Shown piece by piece: positions 51,295-63,790 of a stretch of DNA of 64,000 nucleotides. Location of the stretch: contig JAXLNO010000108.1 in assembly GCA_038087875.1 (NCBI GenBank), forward strand, positions 1 through 64,000. Direction: 5' to 3'. How positions within the stretch are numbered: the stretch's first letter is position 1; every line of letters starts with the position of its first letter. The position numbers and the translations under genes are program-made. This DNA comes from Malacoraja senta (lineage: Eukaryota). The notes beneath the pieces were generated by a model that saw only the letters and a list, made by a program, of their open reading frames with translations, had not been told where the DNA came from and did not search any database.

Positions 51295-53064
51295 ACTTGT
51301 TTGTTCGTGGGCCCATACATTACAGAAGTAGGCTATTTGATCCACCGATCCATGCCAATAGTTCAACATACATTTTATCTCATCCCACTTTGATCTCCCA
51401 ATATTCTCACTAAACTGCCCAAATTTCTACTGCGCACATACTTACATAGGACAGGGTATCATGGCCATTTAAATCGCCACTCGAAGACACAGTGTTACTT
51501 ACAGCGCTGAGTCTAGCTATTTGGCTCAACTCATCCTCGGTAACCGAAATTCCCCGTCAACGCGAGTTTTTACCCCGACAATTCTTCCACATATATTTTA
51601 ACCTTTCCTATAAATGCACCCGTACACTCGTTGTTTTAAAATATCGTGATTGCCTCACTGCCGCACATCTGCTGGCGGGGGGACTTAACCAGAGAAGCGG
51701 GAGACATGGTCCAAAGGTGAGGGGGGGAGGGAGCTGGGGTGTGAGATTGCGGATCCTGGACTTGCTCCATGGCGACACCATCAATAATACAGTGTGGAAT
51801 TAAGAGCTAATTTGAAGCACGCCATCCTGACGAATATTTTTGAATTATATATTAAATGGGAGGTAGCGAAATTATCAAAAAGCGGATGGTGTTCTATAAC
51901 TTAATGATACTCTGATACGAATGAAATTAAATAGCCGCCTGCGCCGTCGTTTGATAGTTCACAGTGGAAAGTGTCATAAATTCTTATGGGTTTGTCTCCG
52001 CCAACGGGGAGCGACAGGAAAAGCATGGTCAAATCCTTATAGGAAATCTTAGGCTATATTCCATCCATCGTTTTCTGTCTTGGTCTTCCTTTTTTCTACT
52101 ACTGCGCTATGTCATATGTGGTACACCTTTCCCTCCTATTCCGTCTTATGCTTCATTTGCACGGTTGCATATCTCACCATATCTGACTGCGTTACAGTCG
52201 CCGTCGTTAATCTGAAGCGGAATAAACAATGCGAGGAAAACACAAATTGATGGAGAAAATCCGCGGGTCGGGCTGCACCTGAGCAGAGAATGGACAGACG
52301 GCGTTTTGTGTCGGGACCACGAAGAGGTCTGGTGAAAGCACCTATCAGGAAACAACAAACGTCGGTCTATCCTCACCACAAATGCTGCCTGACCCATTGA
52401 GTTCTGATCTGCTCTCCGCTGCAGGATGCGAAAATACAAAGGCTAGAAGGTATGGGTTTGACGGAAGAGAGCAAAGTTCAACTGAAATGTGTGGGGCACG
52501 TTTCTTCACACAGAGGGTGGCAGATGCCTGGCTGCGCTTCCAATGTTGGTAGTGGAGGATGTTAGTATCATGGAGTTTATAAGGCATTTCTATAGCCACG
52601 TGGATATGCAAAGACTTGAGGGACATGGATCATGTGTAAGCAGATGAAATGAATTTAACTTGACACCATGATAGGCCCAGACATTCTTGGCCAAAATGCC
52701 TTTTCCTGCGCTGTACATTTCTATACGTTATGTACAAGCGCAGCAGGCAGTGCAAAGAAAAATATACCATAGTGCAGAATGCAGATTGATGTTTATTATT
52801 AGTATGGGGACCGCGCTAAACAGAAAATGGTTGTTTTCCATGTTATTGAAAGAAAGGTAAACAATTCATAAATGCAACCACATCAAACTCAAGTTCATGA
52901 GACAGAGCAAAGCGGTATTTGCATTAGTTTGGCTGGTCCACGAAGATCATTGGTAATATTAACTCCTAGGTACTTGAAGGTCTCAACCATTTACTCTTCT
53001 GTACAATTGATGCTGATTTGAGCAGGTACACCAGTATACTTCCTGGAGTTGATAACCAACACCT

Positions 53065-53605
53065 TCCTAATTTGAGGAAGGACATTCTTGTTATTGAGGG
53101 AGTCCAGCGTAGGTTTAGAAGGTTAATTCCCGGGATGGCGGGACTGTGATATGCTGAGAGAATGGAGCAGCTGGGCTTGTATACTCTGGAGTTTAGAAGG
53201 ATGAGAGGGGATCTAATTGAAACATATGATTGTTAAGGGCTTGGACACGCTAGAGGCAGGAAACATGTTCCCGATGTTGGGTGGGTCCAGAACCAGGGGC
53301 CACAGTTTAAGAATAAGGAGTACGCCATCTAGAACGGAGATGGGGAAACACTTTTTCTCACAGAGAGTGGTGAGTCTGTGGAATTCTCTGTTTCAGAGGG
53401 CGGTGGAGGCAGTTTCTCTGAATGCTTTCAAGAGAGAGCTAAATATGGCTCTTAAAAATAGCGCAGTCAGGGGATATGGGGAGAAGGCAGGAACGGGGTA
53501 CTGATTGGGGATGATCAGCCATGAATACATTGAAGGGCGGTGCTGGCTCGAAGGGCCGAATGGCCTACGGCTGCACCTATTGTCTATTGTCTTTTATCTA
53601 TTGTC
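53065..53605 (+). mobile_element. CR1 3' fragment
   Basis: ORF 53217-53504 is the CR1 C-terminus. Confidence 0.88.
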
Positions 53606-53962
53606 TTGCTTGTATTCAGGGCGAGGTTTTTGTCCTGGTGCCATGTTACCAACTTCCCTATCTCCCACCTATACTTAGACCCGTCATTATTCTTGATCCG
53701 GCCCGCCACAGTGGCTTCATCTGCAAATTTGTAGACAGGGCTCGAGTCGAACATGCTCGCAAGTCATGAGCGGAAAGGGAATATTGCAGTTGACTGAGAA
53801 CACGTCGCTCAGCCGAACCAATAGTAACGTTTATTTTATGCACAGCAGGTATTGTAACCTATCCTCACTTTCGGTCAGAAAGTCTAGGATCCAGTCGAGA
53901 ATGTGTGCTGCTTCCTGTGTTCTGGTGCTCATGCATGTTAGTTACTGAAGAAAAGCAGCTGA

Positions 53963-54525
53963 AATCAGATTCAGATTCAGATTCAGATTCAACTTTATTG
54001 TCATTGTGCAGTGTACAGTACAGAGACAACGAAATGCAGTTAACATCTCCCTAGAAGAGCGACATAAATATGAGCAGTAAATAAATAAATCTAATAAATC
54101 CTGGTGGGAGGAGTGTCCGGGGGGGGGGGGTGTGGTTGGCAGTCACCGAGGTACAGTGTTGAGTACTGTAACCGCCGCAGGGAAGAAGCTGTTCCTGGAC
54201 CTGCTGGTCCGGCAACGGAGAGACCTGTAGCGCCTCCCGGATGGTAGGAGGGTAAACAGTCTGTGGTTGGGGTGAGAGCAGTCCTTGGCGATGCTGAGCG
54301 CCCTTCGCAGACAACGCTTGCTTTGGACAGACTCAATGGTGGGGAGTGAGGAACCGGTGATGCGTTGGGCAATTTGCACCACCCTCTGCAGTGCTTTCCG
54401 GTCGGAGACAGAGCAGTTGCCATACCATACTGTGATGCAGTTGGTAAGGATGCTCTCGATGGTGCAGCGGTAGAAGTTCACCAGAATCCGAGGAGACAGA
54501 TGGACCTTCTTTAGTCTCCTCAGGA
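53963..54525 (-). mobile_element. Rex1/Babar 3' end with (GAATCT)n tail
   Basis: Reads FYRCTIESILTNCITVWYG...SHPNHRLFTLLPSGRRYR...NSFFP. Confidence 0.9.
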
Positions 54526-54639
54526 CAATAAGTGCATTGTCCGCGATGGTGTGGGTTGGGAAATCTGAGCTATAATCTTCGCTTATAAAAGTACCGTTCA
54601 TCAGTCTGAGAACAGCGGCGAATGAGTTTTTCTACGCGA

Positions 54640-55765
54640 CGGGTAAAGGGCGGAAAGAATAACAGGCATATCAGGTTGGAAAGCTTAGTGGGGTACCTGA
54701 GGATTAGGATGTTTTTCAAAACAACAAAAGTGACTAAAATGACAACGCGGAGAGAAAAGATGAAGTACAAATGTAAGCTAGCCAATAGAAACACAGAAAA
54801 TAGGCGCAGGAGAAGGCTGTTCGGCCCTTCGAGCCAGCACCGCCATTAAATATGATCATGGATGATCATCCAGAATCAGTACCCCATTCCTGCTTTCTGC
54901 CCACATCACTTTATTCCGTTAGCCCTAAGCGCTATATCCAACCCTCTCTTAATATAAAAGAGGAAAGCAAGAGTCTCTATGGATATGTAAAGATTCAACA
55001 AGAGGCAAGTTTGGACGTTGGGCAGCTGGAGTATGATGTGGGAGAAGTGCTAACGGGAAATCAAGAAATGGCAGAGGAATTTAATAACGTTTTTGCATCA
55101 GTGTTCACAGTGAAAGACACCAGGAATTGCATGCAATGCCAGAGAGTCAGGGGAGGAGGTTAGCGGAGTATTGATTACTAGGGAGAAAGTGCGAGGAAAA
55201 CTGAAAGGTCTGAGAGTGGATAAGCCACCTGGACCGCATGGACTGCATCCCAAGGTTCTGAAGGAGGTGGGCTCAGAGATTGTGGAGGCATTTGATGTGA
55301 TATTTCAAGAATCACTAGATTTACGATTGCTTCCTGCAGATTGTAAAATTGCGAATATCAAACCGCTGTTACTTTTCGGAACTGTTTCTGGAACTCTCCC
55401 ACAGATGCTATCATATTCGTATCTCATTTCAAACAAGCGACACAGAATACGACATTTCAGCAGGCAACCTGATGGTGCTCTATTGAATGTGATCAGCTTC
55501 AGAAATGAATTTGACGTTGATCCCTGTGATGCTTGTAGCAACAGTAATTTTCTTCACCAACCGACACGAGCCAACATCAACATCTGCCAACAACTGGAAT
55601 TTAGAAGGATGAGAGGGGATCTTAAAGAAACATATATCATTCGTAAAGGATTGTGCAGTCTCGATGCAGGAAAAATGTTCTCGATGTTGGGGGAGTCCAG
55701 AGTCAGGGGTCACAATTTAAGAATAAGTGGTAGGCCATTGAGGACAGAGATGAGGAAAAACAAAT
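54640..55765 (+). mobile_element. Degenerate CR1 pieces with a nested antisense CR1 tail (~54785-54955)
   Basis: KPPGPHGLHPKVLKE and LEFRRMRGDL motifs. Confidence 0.75.
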
Positions 55766-56799
55766 AGAAGATTGTGGATTAGAGTCGGAGTCATAGACCA
55801 TTGTAACAGGCCCTTCAGCCCAACTCGCCCATATTGATCTAAACACAATATGAGGCTTGGCCAGCTTACAACCCAACGGTATGAATATCGATTTCTCTAA
55901 CATCAAGTAACCTTTACATCCCCTACCTCGCCATGCCTCCACCACCCTAGTCGTTGTACTAGTTTCACTGTCGTCCTGGTGAGTTTTATTTTCTGTATAA
56001 CTAATTTTCAGCTAAAAGAGCACTATCAAATCTTCCGGGATGTTAATACTGTTAAAGGTAAGGCCTTCATTCGTTCACAAGGGAGGGTGAAGATACATTT
56101 CATGTACCTTCCCCAGATGTCATGGTCATAATATTATTCTACTGTCATCTGCCTGGGTTCTTGTTTCAGTGAGTAACGAGTTAATAATAATAGAGTAATA
56201 TCCGTCTCTATTTTGTCAGCTTTGGAAGAAGCCCTGAGATAAAGTAACACTGAGACTACGGCATGGGCTCTGTCAGTATTAAACAGGTTAAATAGCAGCT
56301 TCCCTATAATGTGGCGAAATTAGCAAAACCACCCTCATATTTTGAGGGATAAAAGGGAGATTCAGTGACAATCATTTGGGCTGCAATGATATGAGATGAA
56401 TCATAAGATATAGGGTTGTTAAGAAGGCACCTAGCCGAAAGTTTGACCCAGCTCTCATTTTAGGCATCAGAGAGCGAGAAGGGGCATTCACCCTACCATA
56501 GTTACCCAACCAGATGCAACTAAATTTAAGGGAGCTCTTTCTTCCCAAAAACCCTTTCCGGCTTAAGTCCTCCCTCCACAACCTCCAGTAAAAATTATAT
56601 TTGGAATAATTTGGAGGACCAAGAAACGAAGAAGAACAAGCGGCAGCGTGTTGTCTACAGACTGCAAATTCTTTGACTTTGTTCAGTGTCTGTATTCCTT
56701 TTTCTCTGCTTCTACACATCGATGGAATGTTATGGCATTATCTTTAGGTTGACCATGTTGTGATCAAGCGTCTGTCTGACACAATAATGGACACCAGAC

Positions 56800-57385
56800 T
56801 GTAGACAATAGGTGCAGGAGTAGGCCATTCGGTCCTTCGAGCCAGCACCGCCATTCAATGTGATCACGGCTGATCATCTACAATCAGTAGCCCGTTCCTG
56901 CCTTCTCCCCATATCCCTTGAATCCGCTATCTTGAATAGCCCTTTCTAGCTCTCCCTTGAAAGCATCCAGAGATGTGGCTCCACCGCCCTCTGAGGCAGA
57001 GAATACCATAGATTCACAATTCTCTGTGAGAAAAACTGTTTCCTCGTCTCCGTTTTAAATGGCTTACCCCTTATTCTTAAACGGTGGCCCCTGGTTCTGG
57101 ACTCCCCCAACACCGGGAACATGTTTCCTGCCTTTAGCGTGTCCAAGCCCTTAACAATCTTATATGTTTCAATGAGATCACCTCTCATCATTTTAAGCTC
57201 CAGAGTGTGCAAGCCCAGCTGCTCCATTCTCTCAGCATATGACAGCCCCGCCATCCCGGGAATTAACCTTGTAAACCTACGCTGCACTCCCTCAATAGCA
57301 AGAATGTCCTTCATCAAATTAGGGGTGCAAAACTGCACACAATACTCCAGATGTGGTCTCACTAGGGCTCTGTACAACTGCACAA
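56800..57385 (-). mobile_element. CR1 3' fragment
   Basis: ORF 56946-57404 is the CR1 C-terminus. Confidence 0.9.
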
Positions 57386-57448
57386 TTTTACGCACTAAGG
57401 ACAATTTACATTTTTTTACTGCATGACTTTGGAGTGTGGGACTAAACT

Positions 57449-58487
57449 TAGGTATGTTACAAAACTTACCTTCAGCGGCGCTGCAGTTCTGCCACTGGCC
57501 GTGTGCGCGACTTTGGCGCCTTTGAGAGGGGGGCGGGTATAAATGCCGTTTTCTACAGCCTGTTGAAGTCGATATTTGTCAGGCTCTTTAGTTGCTGAAG
57601 AAAAATCGATCCGACTTGCGTTTTATCGTTTTTTAAAAACAGCGCTGGATAATTTAATAGCAGAAGTAAAATAAAAATCGTCTTCTAAAGCCGTCAACGC
57701 CGACAACGGGACGGATCTCACGTACGGGACAAAGCAAGGTACGCCGTTTATTTTTACATATAAACGTGCTTCTTAGGATGCCGTTAATCAAAATTTCACG
57801 TTGCGAAAATGTGACTTGGGTCCCATACGAACGGGCAGTATTTTTCCTGCCGATATGGGGTTTAAATTCACCGCAATTGCAACGTTCCAATCCATCGCGT
57901 TCCACAAAATCCCACTCGCAAGATCCGTTAAATGGCCATTAATTTACGAGAATTAAACACTAAATTCCTTCCATTTGGCCTATAAATTCATGACAATGAG
58001 ATTTAAAAATTATGTTATATTGTGAATTCTTGTGTAAATGTTCTTTGAACACTTAGGATATATAAAAATGTTTACCATTTATTAAGAAATGGATAGATGT
58101 TTAGATCAAGTAATTGAATTTTGTAATTAGCTACAATTAGGTAATAATTAATTATATGCTTTAATTTCAGGTCATCCAAGTAAGATTGTTTCATATTTGT
58201 TTCAGAATGCTTCTATCTATAATAACTGAACATTTCATTCAGTTCTCTTAATCTTTAAGAAATCTATGGGCTTTTGACTGTCCTTGATCACAGCTTTTGA
58301 GTTAAGTCAATGGAAAAGCAATCGGGAACAAGATGCTAATTTCTGAGTATGAAAATGGCCATAATTGTTTTAATACTGAAGATATGAAAGTGAATTAGGT
58401 GTCAAATTAAACTTCCTTTTATGCTTGATCTGATGAGATAAATTGCAGACTTGACTTTTAAAATCTCAAAATTTTGTAACATTGCTA
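57449..58487. mobile_element. ~1-kb non-autonomous DNA transposon, hAT-like termini
   Basis: Imperfect 16-bp TIRs TAGGTATGTTACAAAA / TTTTGTAACATTGCTA; AT-rich interior; flanks do not form a TSD. Confidence 0.6.
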
Positions 58488-59018
58488 CAAGTACTCGCCA
58501 TCTGACAGTCCAGACCCAAGTTTCGACCATGTTCTGCGGTCATATTTTCATCCGGCGAGGATTTCTTCCAACTCTGACAGACGCGCGGTGGAGCCGAGTG
58601 CAGTCACGACATTTAAAATACAAGTGGCCGGCCAGGTACATGAATAAGAAAGATTATAATGAATGATGGGCAATCGCAGGGAGGCAAATGGGACTTACTG
58701 CGATGGAGCATCGGAAGTGCTGAGCCCCTGGACCAGTTCCCCTCCTTTCTCACTCTCAGTTCTGCGGTGAGTATTCAGTAACCTGTCCAAAGTGTGTAAG
58801 TTTGCGATGAGAAGTTTGGGCAGTTAATGGTGTACGTAAGTAAGTTTATTGGCCAAGTATTCACATAAAAGGAATTTGCCTTGGTGCTCCGCCCACAAGT
58901 AACAACATGACATACAGTGACAGTTACGAAGAACAAAGTGGAATGAGTGAAAATGGGTAATAGATTGTCGGCGTGGATCGATGGTCTAAGAGCTTGTCTT
59001 TTTATGTTTTGCAGGTGT

Positions 59019-59984
59019 TTATAAACGAACAAGTTCACGAATTACCCTCAATCGGAATTTCACGGCGTTCATCAGCTCCAGTCTGAATTTACTCTGGGTC
59101 ACCACGTAAATACACGTGTTGGTGCAGCAACTGAGCAGCAGTAAGAACGTCGCCGTCACACTCGTGATATAGTAATAACCGGTGGGGGAGCCGTCATATA
59201 CGTTCTTCGCAATACTGTTAAAGATAATAAAGACAGCTTGTGTTGCCCACAGCAATATGAAAGTACCAGTGATACTAAAGAGTAAAACAACAGATTTCCT
59301 GCGGTTCTCCATCTCCGGGTCCTTGTCATTCTCTTCGTTGCTTTTTCCCCGGAGCCTCCTGCGGACTCTGCTGGCCGCTACAATCCGCCTGACCGTCAGC
59401 ACATTGAGCAGAAGGATCACAAAGAACGGGACACAAGGGGTTAGAAGGCGGTGTGTGACATTATTTGCGGTCCATGCAGACGACGTATAGTAGGTGGGTT
59501 TGTTGTAATAACCCCAGGGAAGATTATCAAACACGTAGCCTGGTTCTAACGTAAAACACCGGGGGACGTTCTCCAAACAACCCAGCACACCCACTGCCCC
59601 GATAATCACAGCCGCCATTCTCTTAGTGCAATATCTTGTTTTCAGCTTCTCACAACAAATGGCCACAAACCGATCGAAGGTGAAGGCGACCGTCAGCCAG
59701 ACAGAGACCGTGGTGGTTGCAAAGACCAGGAATTCGACAGTCGTGCACACGGGAGTAATGTTCAGTAAAGATTCCGAGAAGTGAATTTCAATAGTCTGAC
59801 TTAGAAACGGATCAGTGATGCCGACCAGGAGATCAGACGCTGCCATGGCCACCAGGTAGAGAGTGATGCATTTGGAGAGACCGCATTTAGCTCGACAGAG
59901 AATCACAATCGCCAGAAAGTTCACTGTGAGAGAGAGAAGGGATATTACTGATACAAGACCCGCACAAAAGTATCTGAGGAACAT
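59019..59984 (-). CDS. GPR139/GPR142-like GPCR, copy 3: intact exon 2 (59923-59019), exon 1 not found; possible pseudogene or intronless variant starting at ATG 59984
   Basis: Open 7TM frame with DRF and CTNTCIY; acceptor AG at 59925-59924; intron homology breaks at the CR1 (~60982-61491); ECL2 Cys replaced by Tyr. Confidence 0.75.
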   Translation of the reverse strand: MFLRYFCAGLVSVISLLSLTVNFLAIVILCRAKCGLSKCITLYLVAMAASDLLVGITDPFLSQTIEIHFSESLLNITPVCTTVEFLVFATTTVSVWLTVAFTFDRFVAICCEKLKTRYCTKRMAAVIIGAVGVLGCLENVPRCFTLEPGYVFDNLPWGYYNKPTYYTSSAWTANNVTHRLLTPCVPFFVILLLNVLTVRRIVAASRVRRRLRGKSNEENDKDPEMENRRKSVVLLFSITGTFILLWATQAVFIIFNSIAKNVYDGSPTGYYYITSVTATFLLLLSCCTNTCIYVVTQSKFRLELMNAVKFRLRVIRELVRL

Positions 59985-60301
59985 TGTCTGATTGGAATGT
60001 TTTCAAAGTTGGATGCGTTGACCAAATGACCTTTAGCCTCGACAGAGTGCCGAGACTACAGCCTTTGGACCACGGTGTCCACGCAACTCATCAAACACCA
60101 ATGTATATTACGGTCACAGCTTTTAATTCTCCCCACATTCTTATCAACTGTTGTCCATCTACACAAAGTCCAGTATACAGTAGTTACGGAAACCACTAAT
60201 AGGCAGTAGCTCAATTGTCTGTGGGAAGAAACAAGAGCGCAGCCAGGAGTGGCGCGGCGTCGGAGGACGAACGATGAAACATTGCACAAAAAGCACGGGA
60301 G

Positions 60302-60520
60302 GTAAATTCCCTGCCACAGAGGGCAGTAGAGGCCAAATAACTGTATGGATTTAAGAGAGAGTTAGATAGAGCTCTAAGGTCTAGTGGAATCAAGGGATAT
60401 GGGGAGAAGGCAGGCACGAGTTATTTATTGGGGACGATCAGCTACGATCACAATGAATGGCGGTGCTGGATCTAAGGTCTGAATGGTCTCCTCCTGCACC
60501 TATTTTCTATGTTTCTATGT
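60302..60520 (+). mobile_element. CR1 3' tail fragment in the copy 3 intron
   Basis: (ttctatgt)n tail; absent from the copy 2 intron. Confidence 0.85.
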
Positions 60521-60981
60521 AAAGATTGAACCTGCGTCTCCAGAACTGTGTGACACCGGCAGTACTGACCGTGGCACGGTGGCGAAGATGTACAGATACA
60601 TCTGCGGATATGAATTCGAATTAACAGGTCGTCCGAAGGAGAGGACATTAAGATAAATAACGTTCACTGATATAAAAATTCCTGACTGCATTTGTTTACA
60701 TCCGAATTAACACACATTAAAGTCGTGACGCTTTCAAAGCATCAGAAACCAGCTCGTCACGTTCACTTGCTTTATCTCATGAGCTGTAGAATTACAGGTC
60801 TAAAACGGGATAACGCTTCACGCAGCGACGACTGCAGAAAATATATCGATTATATATTCAGTTAAGCAGGGTTATCCGATTGGGAACAGATGTCATTTCA
60901 CTAACTGGTTTCAGACTATCCATGGAAGGAGCCCAAGGTGCCATACTCTCAGCTCCTGGTCAACATATATCCAATCTCAGG

Positions 60982-61491
60982 GTCCCGTAATTTGAAGAAG
61001 GACATTTTTGCTGTTGAGGGAGTGCAGCGTAGGTTCATCAGGTTAATTCCCGGGATGGCGGGAGTGTCATATGCTGAGAGAATGGAGCGGATGGGCTTGT
61101 ATACTATGGAATTTAGAGGGATGCGAGGGGATCCTATTGAAACATATAAGGTTATTAAGGGTTTGGACACGCTATAGGCAGGAAATATGTTCCCGATGTT
61201 GGGGGAGTCCAGAACCATGGGCCACAGTTTAAGAATAAGAGGTAAGCCATTTTGAACGGAGACGTTGAAACACTTTTTCACACCGAGGGCGGTAGAGGCC
61301 GGTTCTCTGGATACTTTCTAGAGAGAGCTAGATATGGCTCTTAAAGATAGCGGAGGCAGGGGATATGGGGAGAAGGCAGGAACGGGGTACGATTGGGCAT
61401 GATCAGCCATGAGCACATCGAATGGCGGTGGTGGCTCGAAGGGCCGAATAGCCTAGTCCTGCACCTATTGTCGATCGTCTATTGTCTATTG
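60982..61491 (+). mobile_element. CR1 3' fragment at the rearrangement breakpoint of copy 3
   Basis: The 5' junction matches the copy 2 intronic CR1; the 3' junction matches the upstream-flank CR1 of copies 1 and 2. Confidence 0.88.
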
Positions 61492-61780
61492 ACCGTATTG
61501 CACAACCGCCAGAAATAAATAATGCTTTATTTTGGCAATAAAATATGGAAAGTTGCAGTGGGAGATTGGTTTGCATGTACCGGAAGATACAGTGCTGGTA
61601 GTCTAGATACATTTCAGTCTGGAATCCTGGAGAAATTCATCGCAATCACACTAACGTTAAATGAAATAACACAGTGCCATGGATCATTCTTTCATTGGAA
61701 AACATTTATTCTTTGTACCTCCGATTTCTGGATTCTCAGCTCATTTAGAAAAACCTCTACGCCTTTATTCTTACTATCAG

Positions 61781-62050
61781 GCACCAAGCACGACATCCGG
61801 AGGTTGCAGCGAATCGTCCGATCGGCTGAGAAGATTATTAGCTGCAACCTTCCCTCCCGTTGACGAACTGTACACTGCAAGGGCCAGGAACCGAGCTGGC
61901 AAGATAATCTCTGACCCCTCTCACCTTGGCCACAAACTCTTTGAATCACTTCCCTCTGGAAGGCGACTACGGACAGTCAAAGCTGCTACAGCCTGACATA
62001 AAATCAACATTTTTCCACGAATGGTAGCTCTACTCAAAAACAAAAAATCA
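61781..62050 (+). mobile_element. Rex1/Babar 3' fragment
   Basis: Reads TKHDIRRLQRIVRSAEK...DPSHLGHKLFESLPSGRRLRTVK. Confidence 0.85.
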
Positions 62051-62444
62051 CTCGTGAGCCTAACCACCTCCATTACTCCGGTTCTGGAGGTGGGGAGGGC
62101 GTCATGTGGTGGGCTGAACCATTTTGATATCGAACCGTCGTGGTTCGGGCTCGAGCTCTTGCGTGGACCGGGCGTGATCTGCGTAGAACAACCACGTGGT
62201 CACGAGACGGGCCGTCGTGATCTGGGCCAACTAATTACTGGGCCATCGAGGGGTTGGTGTGCAAAGGATTTGGTGGTTGAAGTTCGTGAGAGACGGGGCT
62301 ACATTGTATAATTATTAAACGGAGTGTTTACACAAGCGTGGACCTACACAACTAACTCTATCGAAGAAGAAAGCGATAGTACTTAAAACTCAACTGCAAT
62401 TCCAAACTCGCTTTCCACTTTCACCGCTAACGAATCATAACATA

Positions 62445-63790
62445 TCTTCATAACAAGAGGAGTATAGGAGCAAAGAGGGCCTTCGGCAATTGTATAGGGA
62501 CCTAGTGAGCCCACAACTGGCGTATTGTGTGCCATTTTGGTCCCCTAATTTGTGGATGGATATTCTTGCTATTGAGGGAGTGCATTGTAGGTTCACGAGG
62601 TGAATTCCCGCGATGGCGGGACTGTCATTTGCTGAGAGAATAGAGCAGTTGGGCTTGTGTGCTCTGGAATTTAGAAGGATGAGAGAGGATCTCCATAACC
62701 ATATAACCATATAACAATTACAGCACGAAAACAGGCCATCTCGGCCGCTCTAGTCCGTGCCGAACACTTACTCTCACTTAGTCCCATCTACCTGCACTCA
62801 GACCATAACCCTCCATTCACTTTCCGTCCATATACCTATCCAATTTATTTTAAAATGATAAAATCGAACCTGCCTCCACCACTTCCACTGGAAGCTAATT
62901 CCACACAGCTACCACTCTCTGTATAAATAAGTTCCCTCTCATGTAACCCCTAAATTTCTGTCCCTTAGTTCTCAAATCATGTCCTCTTGTTTGAATCTTC
63001 CCTACTTTCAATGGAAAAAGCTTATCCACGTCAACTCTATCTGTTCCTCTCATCATTTTAAAGACCTCTATCAAGTTCCCCCTTAACCTTCTGCGCTCCA
63101 AAGAAGAAAGACCTAACTTGTTCAACCTTTCTCTGTAACTTAGGTGCTGAAACCCAGGCATCATTCTAGTAAATCACCTCTGTACTCGCTCTATTTTGTT
63201 GACATCTTTCCTGTAATTTGGCGACCAAAATTGTACACCATACCCCAGAATTGGCCTCACCAATGCTTTGTAAAATTTTAACATTACATCCCTACTTCTA
63301 CACTCAATGCTCTGATTTATAAAGGCCAGAACACCAAAAGCTTTCTTTACCACCCTATCTACATGAGATTTCACCTTCAGGGAACTATGCACAGCTAAAA
63401 TCTCATTGAAGCATATATTAGATTATTAAGGGTTTGGACACGCTAGAGGCAGTAAACAAGTTGCGATGTTGGGGGAGTCCAGCACCAGGGGCCACAGTTT
63501 AAGAATATGGGATGGCATTTAGAACGGATATGATGAAACACTTTTTCACCCAGAGTGTTGTGAGTGTGGAATTCTCTGCCTCAGAGGGAGGTGGAGGTCG
63601 GTTCTCTGGATACTTCCAAGAGAGAGCTAGACAGGGCTCTTAAAGCTAGCGGAGTCAGGGGATATGGGGAGAAGGCAGAAACGGGGTATTGATTGGGGAT
63701 GATCAGCCATGATGACATTGAATGGCGGTGCTGGCTCGAAGGGCCGAATGCCCTACTCTTGTATCTATTGTCTATTGTCTATGGTCTATT
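62445..63790 (+). mobile_element. CR1 3' fragment with a nested antisense CR1 of a different subfamily (~62693-63395)
   Basis: Plus-strand CR1 interrupted by minus-strand LSYRERLNKLGL...QRVVAVWN with a (TATATGGT)n tail. Confidence 0.85.
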
